A stretch of 64,000 bases of DNA. Origin: Lytechinus pictus (Eukaryota). Each line of letters begins with the position of its first letter. Position 1 is the first letter of the stretch. The translations under genes and the position numbers were made by a program. Shown here piece after piece: positions 27,650 through 39,763 of the stretch. The notes under the pieces are model-generated. The model saw only the letters and a list, made by a program, of their open reading frames with translations, searched no databases and had not been told where the DNA came from. The stretch covers positions 17,734,001 through 17,798,000 of the forward strand of contig NC_087250.1 of the NCBI RefSeq assembly GCF_037042905.1, read 5' to 3'.

Positions 27650-28960
27650 ATACACATTTTCCTGGCCACCGAAAATTGCATGAATATTGTAGCGATTCAT
27701 GTGAGCGCGAGCTGATAGTTTTGAATAACCTTCCTGAAAAAGGACATGTTTATCAACTGTTTGCAGTGACTCTTGAATAATAATGCACTTCTCACTAATC
27801 AAATAGACCGAGCGCAAAGCGCGAGCTGATTTTTGTTTTTGTTGTATATTGGACCTGAAACTGGACTGGTTAAATATGTTTAGAATAAAGAACATAGTAA
27901 ACAAGTGTGAAGCCCGAGCTGAGTTTTCTTCAGATTTAGAACTAAAAACAGAACATTTGAAGCAATGTAGCCAATGGGACTTATTATTATTTTTTACAAC
28001 CTGAAAATTTGACATATTTAACAATTTTTCGCAATCATGAATATGATGGTTATCTAATCAAACTTAGATTTGAAATCGGACGTTCTATGCAGTTTTTATA
28101 ATCATGGAAAGGAAGGGTATCACTGAATTATGCGAGCGTGAAGCGGGAGCTGAAAAATGTTGGATATTTTTACTTGAAACTAAACATTTTTATATGTTTT
28201 TACTTTAAAACAATCTCAGTTTCTGCATATGTAATTGAACAAGCTGTGTATCTCAATAAGCCTACTGTAAGCGCGAAGCACGAGCTGAATTTTGATTGAC
28301 ATTTCAAGTACTTTCCTACATTAAGGAAAATGGTTCACTGTCGGTACTGAAGAACGAGCTGACAACTCTTAATACCTTGACTTAGAAACTTAACATTTTC
28401 ACACGTTTTGTATAAAGAACAAACTTAGATTCTGCCTATGTAATTGAGCAAGCTGTGTATCTCAATAAACGTAATGCGAGTGCAAAGCGCGAGCTGATTT
28501 TGTTAGTACTGACTCAAAAGGGAAATTTTAAGCACTGTCCAACATCAACAAGAAGGAAAAATGTGGAGAGAATATTGATTTCACTAAATATATGATGCGA
28601 GAGCGAAGTGCGAGCTGATTTTTTTGTTTAGATTTACACTTAAAACGGGGGCCATCTTATCACTATTGGTATAAAAGCGCGAGCTGAGAACTTTTGATGT
28701 TTTGACTTAAAAAAAATAAAATTTTCACACTTTTTTAAAAATAATATAAGAACAAACTCAGATAATTATGCATACGTAATCAAACAATATCTCAATGCGA
28801 GCGCGAAGTGCGAGCGGAAATCTTTGATATTCTGATGGAAATTTAAGCAGCATTTTCAGCAAAATATTTACTGAATATGATGCGAGCGCGAAGCGCAATC
28901 TGAATTCTTTTTAGATTCAGACCTTAAACCGGGACTTTCTAATCAGTGTCGGTAGCTTAC
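27650..28960 (+). repeat. Degenerate tandem array with core gcgagcgcgaagcgcgagctga
   Basis: About a dozen GC-rich cores spaced ~70-200 bp apart in AT-rich spacers. Confidence 0.8.
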
Positions 28961-31055
28961 AGAGAGCTCTCCACCATCGCATTGCAAAAAGATCGTGATT
29001 TACCGAATAGTATGCAATTTGACAGCATTTGACCGACAAAGATAGTGGAACTCAAAGACCAAGTATATGAAGTAAGAACAAGGTACATAAAGCAGTGGGA
29101 ACAGCCCGTTCATGGATGGATAATTCAGGTGCTTTCTTTTCTTCGTCAGGTGCGAGACTTGATCGAAGCTCAAATCTCGGGCAAAAAAAGATCTATTGAA
29201 AATATAGAGTAAATTTATCGATGAGACGTAAGACAAAGGGAAACGATATATACAAAATATTTTATTCAAAATTGACAGTGCAATAAACAGTTTCAATGTT
29301 TATTAAACGACGCTCAATATTTGGTGCATTTTTAGTAATTTTTGGTTAAAATTAATCATTATTTTTGTGATTCAAATTAGTTTACACAATACTCAATCAC
29401 TGCAATCTTAGAAAGTAAAAATATACCGTAAATATCCTATTGAAGAACTGTAATAGTTGTGTCTGGTACATAGAGATATATACTAATAACGCGGTAATTA
29501 ATGGTTTATAATCGATTCAAAGAACACACCGCCAGAGTGTAGATCGTTGATGTGTGTTTAGTTTTAAACGATGTTAAAAATCATGTACAGCCGTCTAATC
29601 GGTTAAGCCTATGTACGCACGGGAAAGTAAGGTACGTATATAATTCATTTAATTGTGTTTAAAGCTGGAGGAGTCAACGAGCGAGACTCATCACGCGTAT
29701 TTTGAATCGATTATCAATGCATTTTATTATTCAGATAAATCTACTACAGGAACCGTACTTTTAATGGATGCTCCAGGCTGAAAAATATGTATATCTAAAT
29801 ATATAGAGTAAAATGTACACAGCATAATGCTGAAAATTTCATCGAAATATGATGACAAATAGCGGAGAAATCGAATTTTAAAATTTAGCAATATATTGCG
29901 AAAACGATTATATACATGTCGCATGAATATTCATTATTGGGCTGATGATGTCACACCCCACATGCGTTTTTGCATGGAATCATAATTTTTTCCCCTTTTT
30001 CATATATGTGTGAACGATATATCTGCCTTATAATGCAAGAAGTTGTAGCAATGAATACCAATATTTTTGGTTCTTGAAGGAAATTTTTTGAATAAACCTA
30101 ATTTCATACTTAAAATACAAAAGAACAAGTAGGGATATGACATCAGTTTGCTCATTGAATATTCATGAAGACATGCCTAGAACTGTTTCGCCAGAATAAT
30201 CCAAATCATTTTAAATGCCTTAACTTTAATTGTTAATCCTTGTCCGATTTGGATAAGAATTTCAGTGTTTTGTTTATTACATTAAAAAAAAATCTGTTAA
30301 TCAAATCATATTATTTTTAGCCTGGAGTGCCCCTGTAAATAAGGCAATGACCGGTTTATTTTGCTTTCTGAAAGTAAAGTGAAATTGTGAAACTGTAGGC
30401 TCCTATTATATTCACCAATTCATTTAAAAAGAAAAAAAATCTCATAAAAATGACTTCCTGAACATAATCATGACTTGCTTGATTTACCAAGAGAACAAAT
30501 TATAAAGTTCATTGATAAAAGTATAAGTATACATGTATATATTCATAAACAGATAATTTCTATATAAAACTGCATTTACAGAAAAGTGCTCAACTACATG
30601 TATATAGGACCTCATGTAGTATAATATGTATATAATGTTCATGAATATTACATGTGCTCTTTGTACCCGACGGTGGCTTTTTCCAATTGACCATGAGTAT
30701 GCATGAACAATCCTTTATTTTTATTTTTTTGCGAAAAAAGGGTTTATTCTGAACGTAAGTTCGCGGAATTTAAAGTAGTACACCTAATTTTCTAAAGGGT
30801 CCTTTTGTCGACGGTGTACTTTATATTTCAAAGGGTATAAAATGTGAACTCCTATAATTTTTACAAATTTCTTAACGATGCATTGTAAATTGTAGACAAT
30901 GCAATCAATTATGTTCTACGATGATCTAAGCTTTGTGTTACGGCTTCCAGAGTAAGCCTGGAACATTCAAAGTAATAAGATATTAATTATATTATTTAGG
31001 ATTCAACCCCTCATGCTGGGATACTTCCCCAGAATTTCAAATGACGCAAAATTAA

Positions 31056-31636
31056 AGGAGAATGAAACCCTTGAAACCAGCTGAATCCATATCAAAGAGA
31101 AAAATCAAAGAAACATATTGTTGAAAGTTTGAGGAAGATTGAATGAATAATAAGAAAGTTATGAGCATTTGAATATTGAGATCACTAATGCCATGTAGAT
31201 CCTCCCATTGGCAATATGCGACCAAGATCTGTCACACACGTACAACTCCCTCATTACTTTAGTACTTATTTCACTTATATTCTCACTTTTATAGAGTCTA
31301 TCACAAGGTGAGGTGTTCTCTTTATGAGAGGACAAGTACAGATGTTTCACAACATTATATCATTGATGAATCGTTTGTCATATGATTAGAATGAGCAAAA
31401 AGAGATGTTGTGGGGTATATTTTCAGCATCCAAAAGGGGAGAGTTGTTCATCTGTGACATCATAGATCTTGGTCGCATTGCCAATGGGAGGATCTCCATA
31501 GCATTAGTGATCTCGACATTCAAATGCTCATAACTCTTCTATTGCTAGTCCTACTTTACTCAAACTTTTGTTGATCTCATTCTTTGATTTTTCTGCTTTC
31601 ACAAAAGCTAACTTGCTCCAAGAGTTTCATTCTCCT
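31056..31636. mobile_element. Kolobok/T2-type MITE, near-identical to 39176-39763
   Basis: TTAA TSD and AGGAGAATGAAAC TIR. The empty TTAA site is visible in the paralogous segment near 18343. Confidence 0.85.
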
Positions 31637-31655
31637 TTAAATATGCTTGATTGAA

Positions 31656-32235
31656 AGGGATTGTCCAGGCTGAAAATATTTATATCTAAAAAATAGAGTA
31701 AATTTCACAGAGCAAAATGCCGCAATTTCATCAAAATCGGATAACAAATAACGAAGTTATTGAATTTTAAAGTTTGTCAATATTTTGTGAAAACACTTCG
31801 TCATGAATATTCATTAGGTGGGTTGATGATGTTACTTTCCCACTTTCCTTTTTCTTATGTTATTACATAAAATCATAAATGTGTTATTTTTTCATGCATG
31901 TGTAAATGATGTGTCTCCATTATGATGAAAAAGCTATAACTAATGCACTTAATCAGTTTTAGTCCAATTGTTTTAGTTCTTGGTAGAAAATATTTGAATA
32001 AACCTAATTTCATATAATAAAATACAAAAGAACAAGTGGGGATATGATATCATCAGCACACCTAATGTATATTCATAAAGACATGCCTAGAACTGTTTCA
32101 CCGGAATAATTCAAATCTTTAACATTCAATAACATTGTTATTTGTTATCCGATTTTGATCAAATCTTCAGCATTTTGCTATGTAAATTTTACTCTATTTA
32201 TTGAGATATAAATATTTTCAGCCCGGACCACCCCT
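31656..32235. mobile_element. Kolobok/T2-type MITE
   Basis: AGGGATTGTCCAGGCTGAAAA...TTTTCAGCCCGGACCACCCCT|TTAA; absent from the paralogue near 18360. Confidence 0.8.
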
Positions 32236-33399
32236 TTAAATGTCCCATAGTAAGTGAACACATATGTCATAGTAGCATACTACAGTGGTATCTTGAGCCA
32301 CAAGTTTTGAGGTGGCCAAACTTGGCTGACGTAACCAAAGTTATATAAAGATGCGAGCGAAAAGAGGAAAAACGAAAACATTCGACCTATATGATAGAAA
32401 AAAAGGAAAAATTTTAAGATATTCAGAAATTTATATATTAGACTTTTTTCTTTAATTTCTTTTCCTCGGAGACTTTATTATGGCCATATAAACAAGATGA
32501 AATTAATTGAGTTCACTAAGATTCACTAATCACTAAGATTAACAATAATACAAAATAAATCTAGCCGGCAAATTGTTGTTCTGCTGAGAGATACAGCTCG
32601 TAGGTCCACTTTACGCATGATCGGGAGATTCTGCGCATGATCAGTAGAGAAGGTCATTAATTGGTACAAAAGTGAAATTTTTGTATATATTTACCCCATA
32701 CATGGATATTATAAGGACTATTTTTTAAAAGAATCCATTAAGAGTACACATATCTCACCATAGTCATCTAATGCGAGTGCTTCATTTAGTTTGTGAAATA
32801 CGTATGGTCTTCGTGAATTCCTACAAACACGCCTTAAAATGTCCCTCTTCAGATATGAATTTCGCGCTCGCAATATTTTATTAGTGAGTGAGATGTGCAT
32901 GTTAATCATGATTACAATGACCAAAAAATCAGCAAGCGCTTGGCACTCGCATTAGATTACTAAGGTGAGATATGTATACTCTTCTAAAAAATAGTCCTTA
33001 AAATGTCTGTTTGGGTTCAATATATACAAAAATTTCGTACGCCACTGCCTGTAACAACAAGTGACATGTCGTTTTACCATAGAGCTATTAGCTCTATAGT
33101 TTCACAGCACAAGACTCGTACAAAACTACAAGTCCCGATCAAAATTTGTCCAATATTTAGGAACTTTACCTTTGGAAAAGTGATTTTTTTTTCGAATGCA
33201 CAAAATATTAAATAATAACAAGTAATTGAATTTCATTGTCATCAACTTAGTATAAATCTTAAAAAATGCTGTCAATAGAGTAACTTCTACTCAATAATTC
33301 TTAATTTTTATGGATCATTTGACAATTATATAAAATGTAAATTAAACTATGAATGATTGACACGAGAACCCGTCTTTACTTTAGCAGACAACTTGCAGG

Positions 33400-33850
33400 C
33401 ATTGATAATCGATTATAAGAGTCTCGGTAGCGATATTTTTTGATTGATCTTGCAGCGCGCGCTCATGAGGACTTCTTTCGCACCTCCGGCCTGACATTGA
33501 ATTTTTCTGAAGTGAAAAGGTGAGTGACGCCGGGTGAGTTTCTATTGAGAGATTGGCATGCGAGAGATGTTGTGCATCTTAGAATAAAGATATGCAGTCA
33601 ACATGGTCAATAAGTTATCTAGATCTAGTTCTCGCCTGATCCGGAGTCGGTGCTTCCATTCGGCAACTCTCGGCGGAGTGATCGGTAACGGAAGGTCTTA
33701 CTCTTGTTCAGCCTGCCCTGCCCCGCTGAATTTGATCGCGTCCCCGTTCTTTGCAATACGGCGCGGGTGGCGTGAGTAGCCGACTCCCGATCCCGACACC
33801 ATCCCGATCTCGACCAAAAGCCTCGGTCTGTGTTTTATTGGTTGATCCGC
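33400..33850 (+). promoter_or_regulatory. CpG-rich putative promoter / first-exon region of the DUSP gene
   Basis: Locally high GC and CpG density in an AT-rich background, non-repetitive, about 2.3 kb upstream of the start exon and surrounding a strong splice donor. Confidence 0.5.
33456..33519 (+). other. Probable 5'-UTR exon of the DUSP gene (5' boundary uncertain)
   Basis: Strong donor AAG|gtgagt at 33520 inside a CpG-rich stretch. Its stop-free frame is out of frame with the ATG at 35825 when spliced to 35805, so it is probably non-coding. Confidence 0.55.
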
Positions 33851-35349
33851 TGAACTCCGTTGGTTCCACTTACCAATTACGGTTACAAATAATACATTTT
33901 TTTAAATATAGGCTAGGTTTAGTCTATAATAATGTAGGGGTGGCTACCGGGTACGGTATATAATTTGTGCACATTTTAAAAATGATCATCATGAAGTTGA
34001 TTTTCAAATTCAATCAAAAATTTCTCACAGCTCGCACAAAATTAATTAGGCCTAGGCCTAAATAATAAAATCATGAATTGGCCTACTAAATTATAGTAGG
34101 CCTAAATGGAAGGCAAGATCCTAAACATCAAATTCGCTTGACGGAATAATAAAGTAGGTCAAGGGTTTTGCTGGTATCATGATCTCAAAATTCCATGGTG
34201 ACCGACTAGCACTCGCTCGGCTGAAAAACTGTAGCCAGTGTAGGCCTAGGCTAGGGCTAACCCAGGCCAGGGAGCTCCCGCCCGCGCAGCGGTCGGGAGC
34301 CCAGGGGCTTACCGTGTATTTGACCATACTCACGGGACAAGGGTGATTTATGGTCTAAATATTTCTCCAAATGAATTGTGAAAACAGAAATTATGCACTT
34401 ACCACGATTATATGGATGAAGGTCTAACGAGTTCTCTCATTTTACCACAGTCTCGATTGGCCATTTTGTTACGATTCGTAACAAAAATGGCCGATCAAGA
34501 CGGGGATTTCCTGTATAAATTACATGTACGCTTAATTTAGCGCGTATCGGGCGCGTGTGTAAAAAATGTCCAATGTTGATGCGCGTTTTTGTCACAGTGC
34601 GCCAAATCGATGCCTATTGCCATGGATATCCACGCTATTTTATTCATGAGTCTACTGTTTTTATTAATGAGTCCACTCTTCAAACAGTGGACTCACAAAT
34701 AAAATAGCGTATCTAACCATGGTAAGAGGCATCGATTTGGCAGCGTAATTTATACAGGAAATCTGCATGAACCATGGACTCAACCGTGGGTTTTCAAAAC
34801 CACCTTTGTGAATTCGGGCCAATAAGTTCGGATAAAGTGAATAAAAATCGTCCAGGATGTGGACTAGGTCTTCGATAATCCAGGGAGCCCAGGGGAGCGT
34901 TTCATGAAAGGACTTGTCAGACGTATTATCCGACAAGTCCTTTCATGAAACGCCCCCCAGGACTCGTCCGTGTGATACAAGGCAGATGTGGGAATTCTCC
35001 GAAATGGGGTAGAATGGGGTCGCAATAGCACTCCAAATAAATTTTGGGAAAATAAATAATGCACTTTAATACCTCGATTACATGTATATGGATGAAGGTC
35101 TACTGTGACACAGAATCCTGATAATTGAGGCACAAAATGGACCCTCAAAAAAAGGAAAAGTTGGACCTCCATGTCGCATTTGTTCTCAATATTGATCAGC
35201 CATTTTGTTTTCAATTTTGAAAGAAGGAGAACAAACTTGACAGAACTTTTCCTTTATTTTGAGGGCCCAGTTTGTGCCTCGATGTCAGGATTGTATGTCA
35301 TGATACACCATCCGTACAATCGAGGTAAGTGCATAATTCATAAAGCTCC

Positions 35350-35840
35350 CTGGGTTAGGTCTTGGAGAGCTCTTGTCATAATAATGGGGAGTTAGGTGTC
35401 ATGCATGCCTCTAAAACATACTGATGCCTGACCAATCTTGTTTTACAGGGTTGTGGAGAGCTCTTGTAATGGGTAGCAAGGTCTCATCCATAACTTTAAA
35501 ACAGATGTATCTGACCAATCTCTTGTTTTACAGGGTTGTGGAGAGCTCTTATAATGGGTAGCAAGGTGTCATGCATGCCTCTAAAACATACTGATGCCTG
35601 ACCAATCTCTTGTTTTACAGGGTTGTGGAGAGCTCTTGTAATAGGTAGCAAGGTGTCATCCATAACTCTAAAACAGATACTTATACATATATCTGACCAA
35701 TTTTTTGTTTTACAGGGTTGTTGATACCTCTTTTAATGGATAGTAAAGTGTCATGCATGCCTCTAAAATAGATACTGATATCTGACCGATCTCTTGTTTT
35801 ACAGGGTTGTGGAGTGCTCTAGTAATGGGTAGCAAGGTGT
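35350..35840 (+). repeat. ~85-95 bp minisatellite made of copies of the DUSP start-exon 3' splice site
   Basis: Unit ctgaccaatctcttgttttacag|ggttgtggagagctcttgtaatgggtagcaaggtgtc. AG acceptors end at 35448, 35533, 35620, 35715 and 35804. Confidence 0.92.
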
Positions 35841-35949
35841 CTTGTACGCCTCAAGAGCTCATATTGATCTGTGAAGACAGAAAAGGTGCATGCAGTTTCC
35901 CAACCAACAATGTAGATGAAGTCTATGACCGTGTGTTCGTTGGAGGACA
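35825..35949 (+). CDS. DUSP3: DUSP3/VHR-like dual-specificity phosphatase, first coding exon (MGSKVSCTPQELILICEDRKGACSFPTNNVDEVYDRVFVGG[Q])
   Basis: Manual translation. Acceptor ttttacag ends at 35804, ATG at 35825, donor gtacgt at 35950 (phase 2). 'PTNNVDEVYDRVFVGG' matches the DUSP3-family N-terminal strand (VHR: PSQPCNEVTPRIYVGN). Confidence 0.88.
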
Positions 35950-37146
35950 GTACGTTTGCTTAGCAATTTAGGGGGGGGGGGGGGTTCACAAAGATAGAAG
36001 TATGTCTTTGAGTTGCACTTTAAATGCTTGACGTGTATGCAACATGCAATCGTATTGATCAATACACAGTTCTTAGTGTGCATTCTTTCGGCATGATCTG
36101 ACCAATGCAGTCATGCCTTTTATAATATGCGCAACTAGACATGTAAGTCATACTTCAATCTTTGTGAAACACCCCCCCCCCAGTTTCCAATTTCTTACTT
36201 TGTATGTATTATGTATTCAAGGCTCCACACTAAATTTTTTTCTTGGTGGCCCAAGTGGTGCACCAAAATTTCAATTTCACATTCTTGCTGACCTGCAAGG
36301 CAAATTTGGTGGCCCTAAAACAATAGAAAACATAACAATTTATCAAAACTTTGGAAGCCCAACTGGACCACCAATTGTGGGCTTCTGCAGAATTTGGTGG
36401 CCTGCTCTCATTTTTGGTTGCCCCTGGCCACTGCTAATGTCAAGCCCTGAGTAAATAAAAAAAAATATGTACCAAGTGGCTCTGGAAGAAAATGTGCAAT
36501 TGTTGAGATAATGAGCAAAATAAACACGGAATTCACTTGTAAGGCATTTCTTGAGCAAGTTTAACCCTAATTCTCCCGGGGGGGGGGGGGGGGGCATTAT
36601 GGCCCCCTCCTTCGACATGTAGAACTGTTACACCAGAATCATGCAAATGTTTAAAATTCAATAACAAATTTTCTGCATTTTGCTCTGTGAATTTTACTCT
36701 ATTTAATGAGATATAAATATCTCCAGCCTGGACCATCCCTTTACAAAGGGACTTTTCCTCCAAGGTTCAAGGCTTTGTTTGTGGGTTGTAACTTAGTGTA
36801 CATTCCTCAATCCATTTTGTTATTGGACAAAAAAGCTCCCTTTGTATGTCAAAGAAGAGCTTTTTTGTAGTGCTTCCCTACCACTCCTCTTTAAAGTTTA
36901 AGTAGAGTTTTTTATTGCTCCCCTTATAATGATAAAACTGAGTCCATGATGTCCTATACTTGCTTTTCCGTGTTAGTAATTATAAGTATTGTCAGTTTTC
37001 AGCTAAGATTTCAGTTTAAAATGTTATCTTATCAAATCTAGATTTATGATAATAGGGTGACAATTAACTTTGATTTTAAAGACTTTGCTGCAACTACATT
37101 CGTCAACCTTTGAAATTCTGAATAATACCACAATGATGATACCCGG

Positions 37147-38119
37147 TTTTTTTGTCTCACCTGCATAGCAGAGTGAGACTATAGGCGCCGCTTTTCCGAC
37201 GGCGGCGGCGACGGCGGCGGCGGCGTCAACACCAAATCTTAACCTGAGGTTAAGTTTTTGAAATGACAGCATAACTTAGAAAGTATATGGACCTAGTTCA
37301 TGAAACTTGGCCATAAGGTTAATCAAGTATTACTGAACATCCTGCCTGAGTTTCATGTCACATGACCAAGGTCAAAGGTCATTTAGGGTCAATGAACTTA
37401 GACCATGTTGGGGGAATCAACATCAAAATCTTAACCTAAGGTTAAGTTTTTGAAATGTCATCATAACTTAGAAAATATATGGACCTAGTTCATGAAACTT
37501 ATACATAAGGTTAATCAAGTATCACTGAACATCCTGCATGAGTTTCACATCACATGACCAAGGTCAAAGGTCATTTAGGGTCAATGAACTTTGGCCGAAT
37601 TGGGGGTATCTGTTGAATTACCATCATAACTTTGAAAGTTTATGGATCTGATTCATGAAACTTGGACATAATAGTAATCAAGTATTACTGAACATCCTGT
37701 GCAAGTTTCAGGTCACATGATCAAGGTCAAAGGTCATTTAGGGTCAATGAACTTTGGCCAAATTGGGGTATTTGTTGAATTACAGCCATAAATTTGAAAG
37801 TGTGTTGGTCTAGTTCATAAAACTTGGACATAATAGTAATCAAGTATCACTGAACATCCTGTGCGAGTTTCAGGTCACATGATCAAGGTCAAAGGTCATG
37901 TAAGGTCAAAGAACTTTGGCCACGTTGGGGGTATTTGTTGAATTGCCATCATACATGTATCTCTATAAGTGTATTGGTCTAGTTCATAAAACGTGGAAAT
38001 AAGAGTAACCAAGTATCACTGAACATCTTGTGCGAGTTATAGTAGTTTTCAAAATCAGCACTGCTGCTATATTGAATCGCGTGATGCAGGTGAGACGGCC
38101 AGAGGCATTCCACTTGTTT
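37147..38119 (+). mobile_element. Helentron/DINE-1-like (HINE) non-autonomous element with internal ~180-bp tandem repeats
   Basis: T-run flanks, subterminal IRs gtctcacctgca / tgcaggtgagac, a (GGC)n microsatellite, and five units containing aggtcaaaggtca. Confidence 0.75.
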
Positions 38120-38137
38120 TGTATTTTTTTTCTCCAG

Positions 38138-38249
38138 ACAGACAGCCACAGACAAGGATAAACTGAAATCTCTAGGTATCACCCATGTGTTGAATTGTGC
38201 CCAAGGGACTGAGGTCTTCAATGTAGATACAGATCAAAGATATTATGAG
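38138..38249 (+). CDS. DUSP3: DUSP3-like coding exon 2 (QTATDKDKLKSLGITHVLNCAQGTEVFNVDTDQRYYE)
   Basis: Contains the LGITHVLN motif. Acceptor ttttctccag at 38137, donor gt at 38250. Phases (2 in, 0 out) fit the neighbouring exons. Confidence 0.92.
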
Positions 38250-38299
38250 GTTTGATTCATTTATTCTAATTACATTACTCTTATTTTATTCTTTCTGTG

Positions 38300-38490
38300 T
38301 GGGCACACCGTGGTCTACTGGTTACTACCCTTATCTTTCAATCAGAGGGACGTGGGTTCGAATCCCAACCATGACATCTTTTCCTTCAGCAAGAAATTTA
38401 CCGACATTGTGCTGCACTCAACCCAGATTAGGTGAATGGGTACCGGCAGGAGTAATTCCTTGAATGCACCAAGCTCAATGGCGTTGCCCA
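38300..38490 (+). mobile_element. tRNA-derived SINE, 3'-truncated
   Basis: B box ggttcgaatcc and core similar to the SINE at 22138-22420. Confidence 0.75.
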
Positions 38491-39175
38491 AAACATAATC
38501 ATAGAACCAGCCTCTGTTCAAGTTGGTCCATTTCGATAGTTTGAAAACGGATATTTCAGCGACCATCTTTACGGGCATCGTAAAGACGTACTGTACAAAA
38601 AAAAGTTCTGAATACCACCAGAAAATGAACATATTCAAAGTTTTCAAGGTCTGCAATGTTTTAGATATTTTACTGTGAAGTCGGATGAGAAGAGGTTTGT
38701 TTCTCTGGGGTCGCCAAACATTGTAGTGTCTACATTCAGCACTCAGCATGAAACAGTGCATTTGGTCATGGAAAGTTAGGGAATTTGGAAAATTTATGAA
38801 GTCATGGAATTGCATTTACCTCTTGGCTATGGCAGCTTTCCAGTTTGTCATGTCTCGCAACTCTCATACTCTGTGATCATAAATGGTGTTCATGATTTCC
38901 ATTTCTCCCAGTTTTTGTGACATCCCAAATTCTACATAACTCCCAGGACGTCACATGAAGTCATGGAAAGCAGCAATTTAGTCATGGAAAAGTCATGGAA
39001 TTCGGTTTTAAAATTTCTGTAGGAACCCTGATTTTGTTATGGGGTTCACTAAACTCTTGAGCACAGCTGTACATAGGTTTTACCTGTATTTGAGGGCTTG
39101 TTGACAGACTCCCTTTTCTTTTTCATTCATTGTTAAAGTTTTGAATCTGTATTTTTTGTCACCTTGTGTATTCAA

Positions 39176-39763
39176 AGGAGAATGAAACCCTTGAAACCAG
39201 CTGAATCCATATCAAAGAGAAAAATCAAAGAAACATATTGTTGAAAGTTTGAGGAAGATTGAATGAATAATATAAGAAAGTTATGAGCATTTGAATATTG
39301 AGATCACTAATGCCATGTAGATCCTCTCATTGGCAATGCGACCAAGATCTGTGATGTCACACACATACAACTCCCTCATTACTTTAGTACTTATTTCACT
39401 TATATTCTCACTGTTATAGAGTCTATCACAAGGTGAGGTGTTCTCTTTATGAGAGGAGAAGTACAGAGCCGGTTTCACAACAGTATATCATTGATGAATC
39501 TTTTGTCATATGATTAGAATGAGCAAAAGAGATGTTTTGGGGTATATTTTCAGTGTCCAAAAGGGGAGAGTTGTTCATCTGTGACATCATAGATCTTGGT
39601 CGCATTGCCAATGGGAGGATCTCCATAGCATTAGTGATCTCGACATTCAAATGCTCATAACTCTTCTATTGCTAGTCCTATTTTACTCAAACTTTTGTTG
39701 ATCTTATTCTTTGATTTTTCTGCTTTCACAAAAGCTAACTTGCTCCAAGAGTTTCATTCTCCT
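39176..39763. mobile_element. Kolobok/T2-type MITE in a DUSP intron
   Basis: Nearly identical to 31056-31636. Confidence 0.85.

Larger units (their letters stand above)
29153..32675 (+). repeat. Segmental duplication copy B
   Basis: Shares its left part with copy A (inverted) and its right part with copy C (direct). Confidence 0.85.

Noticed and set aside
33456..33519. Coding exon spliced directly to 38138 (phases are compatible)
   Set aside because: That splice would skip the conserved DEVYDRVFVGG strand, so a UTR exon is more plausible. It is not excluded as a minor isoform.
35171..35395. ORF with an apparent GAG|gtaagt donor, considered as a DUSP exon
   Set aside because: 35250-35340 is the inverted-repeat partner of 35057-35160 (a MITE-like remnant), and the true N-terminal exon is at 35825-35949.
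35350..35840. CRISPR-like repeat-spacer array
   Set aside because: Eukaryotic context, no cas genes, and the 'spacers' are homologous to each other. The same applies to 27650-28960 and 37250-38040.
38342..38815. 157-aa - strand ORF
   Set aside because: It runs across a SINE and a CAGGG-element remnant with no recognisable motif. A weak transposase-like look in another frame could not be supported.
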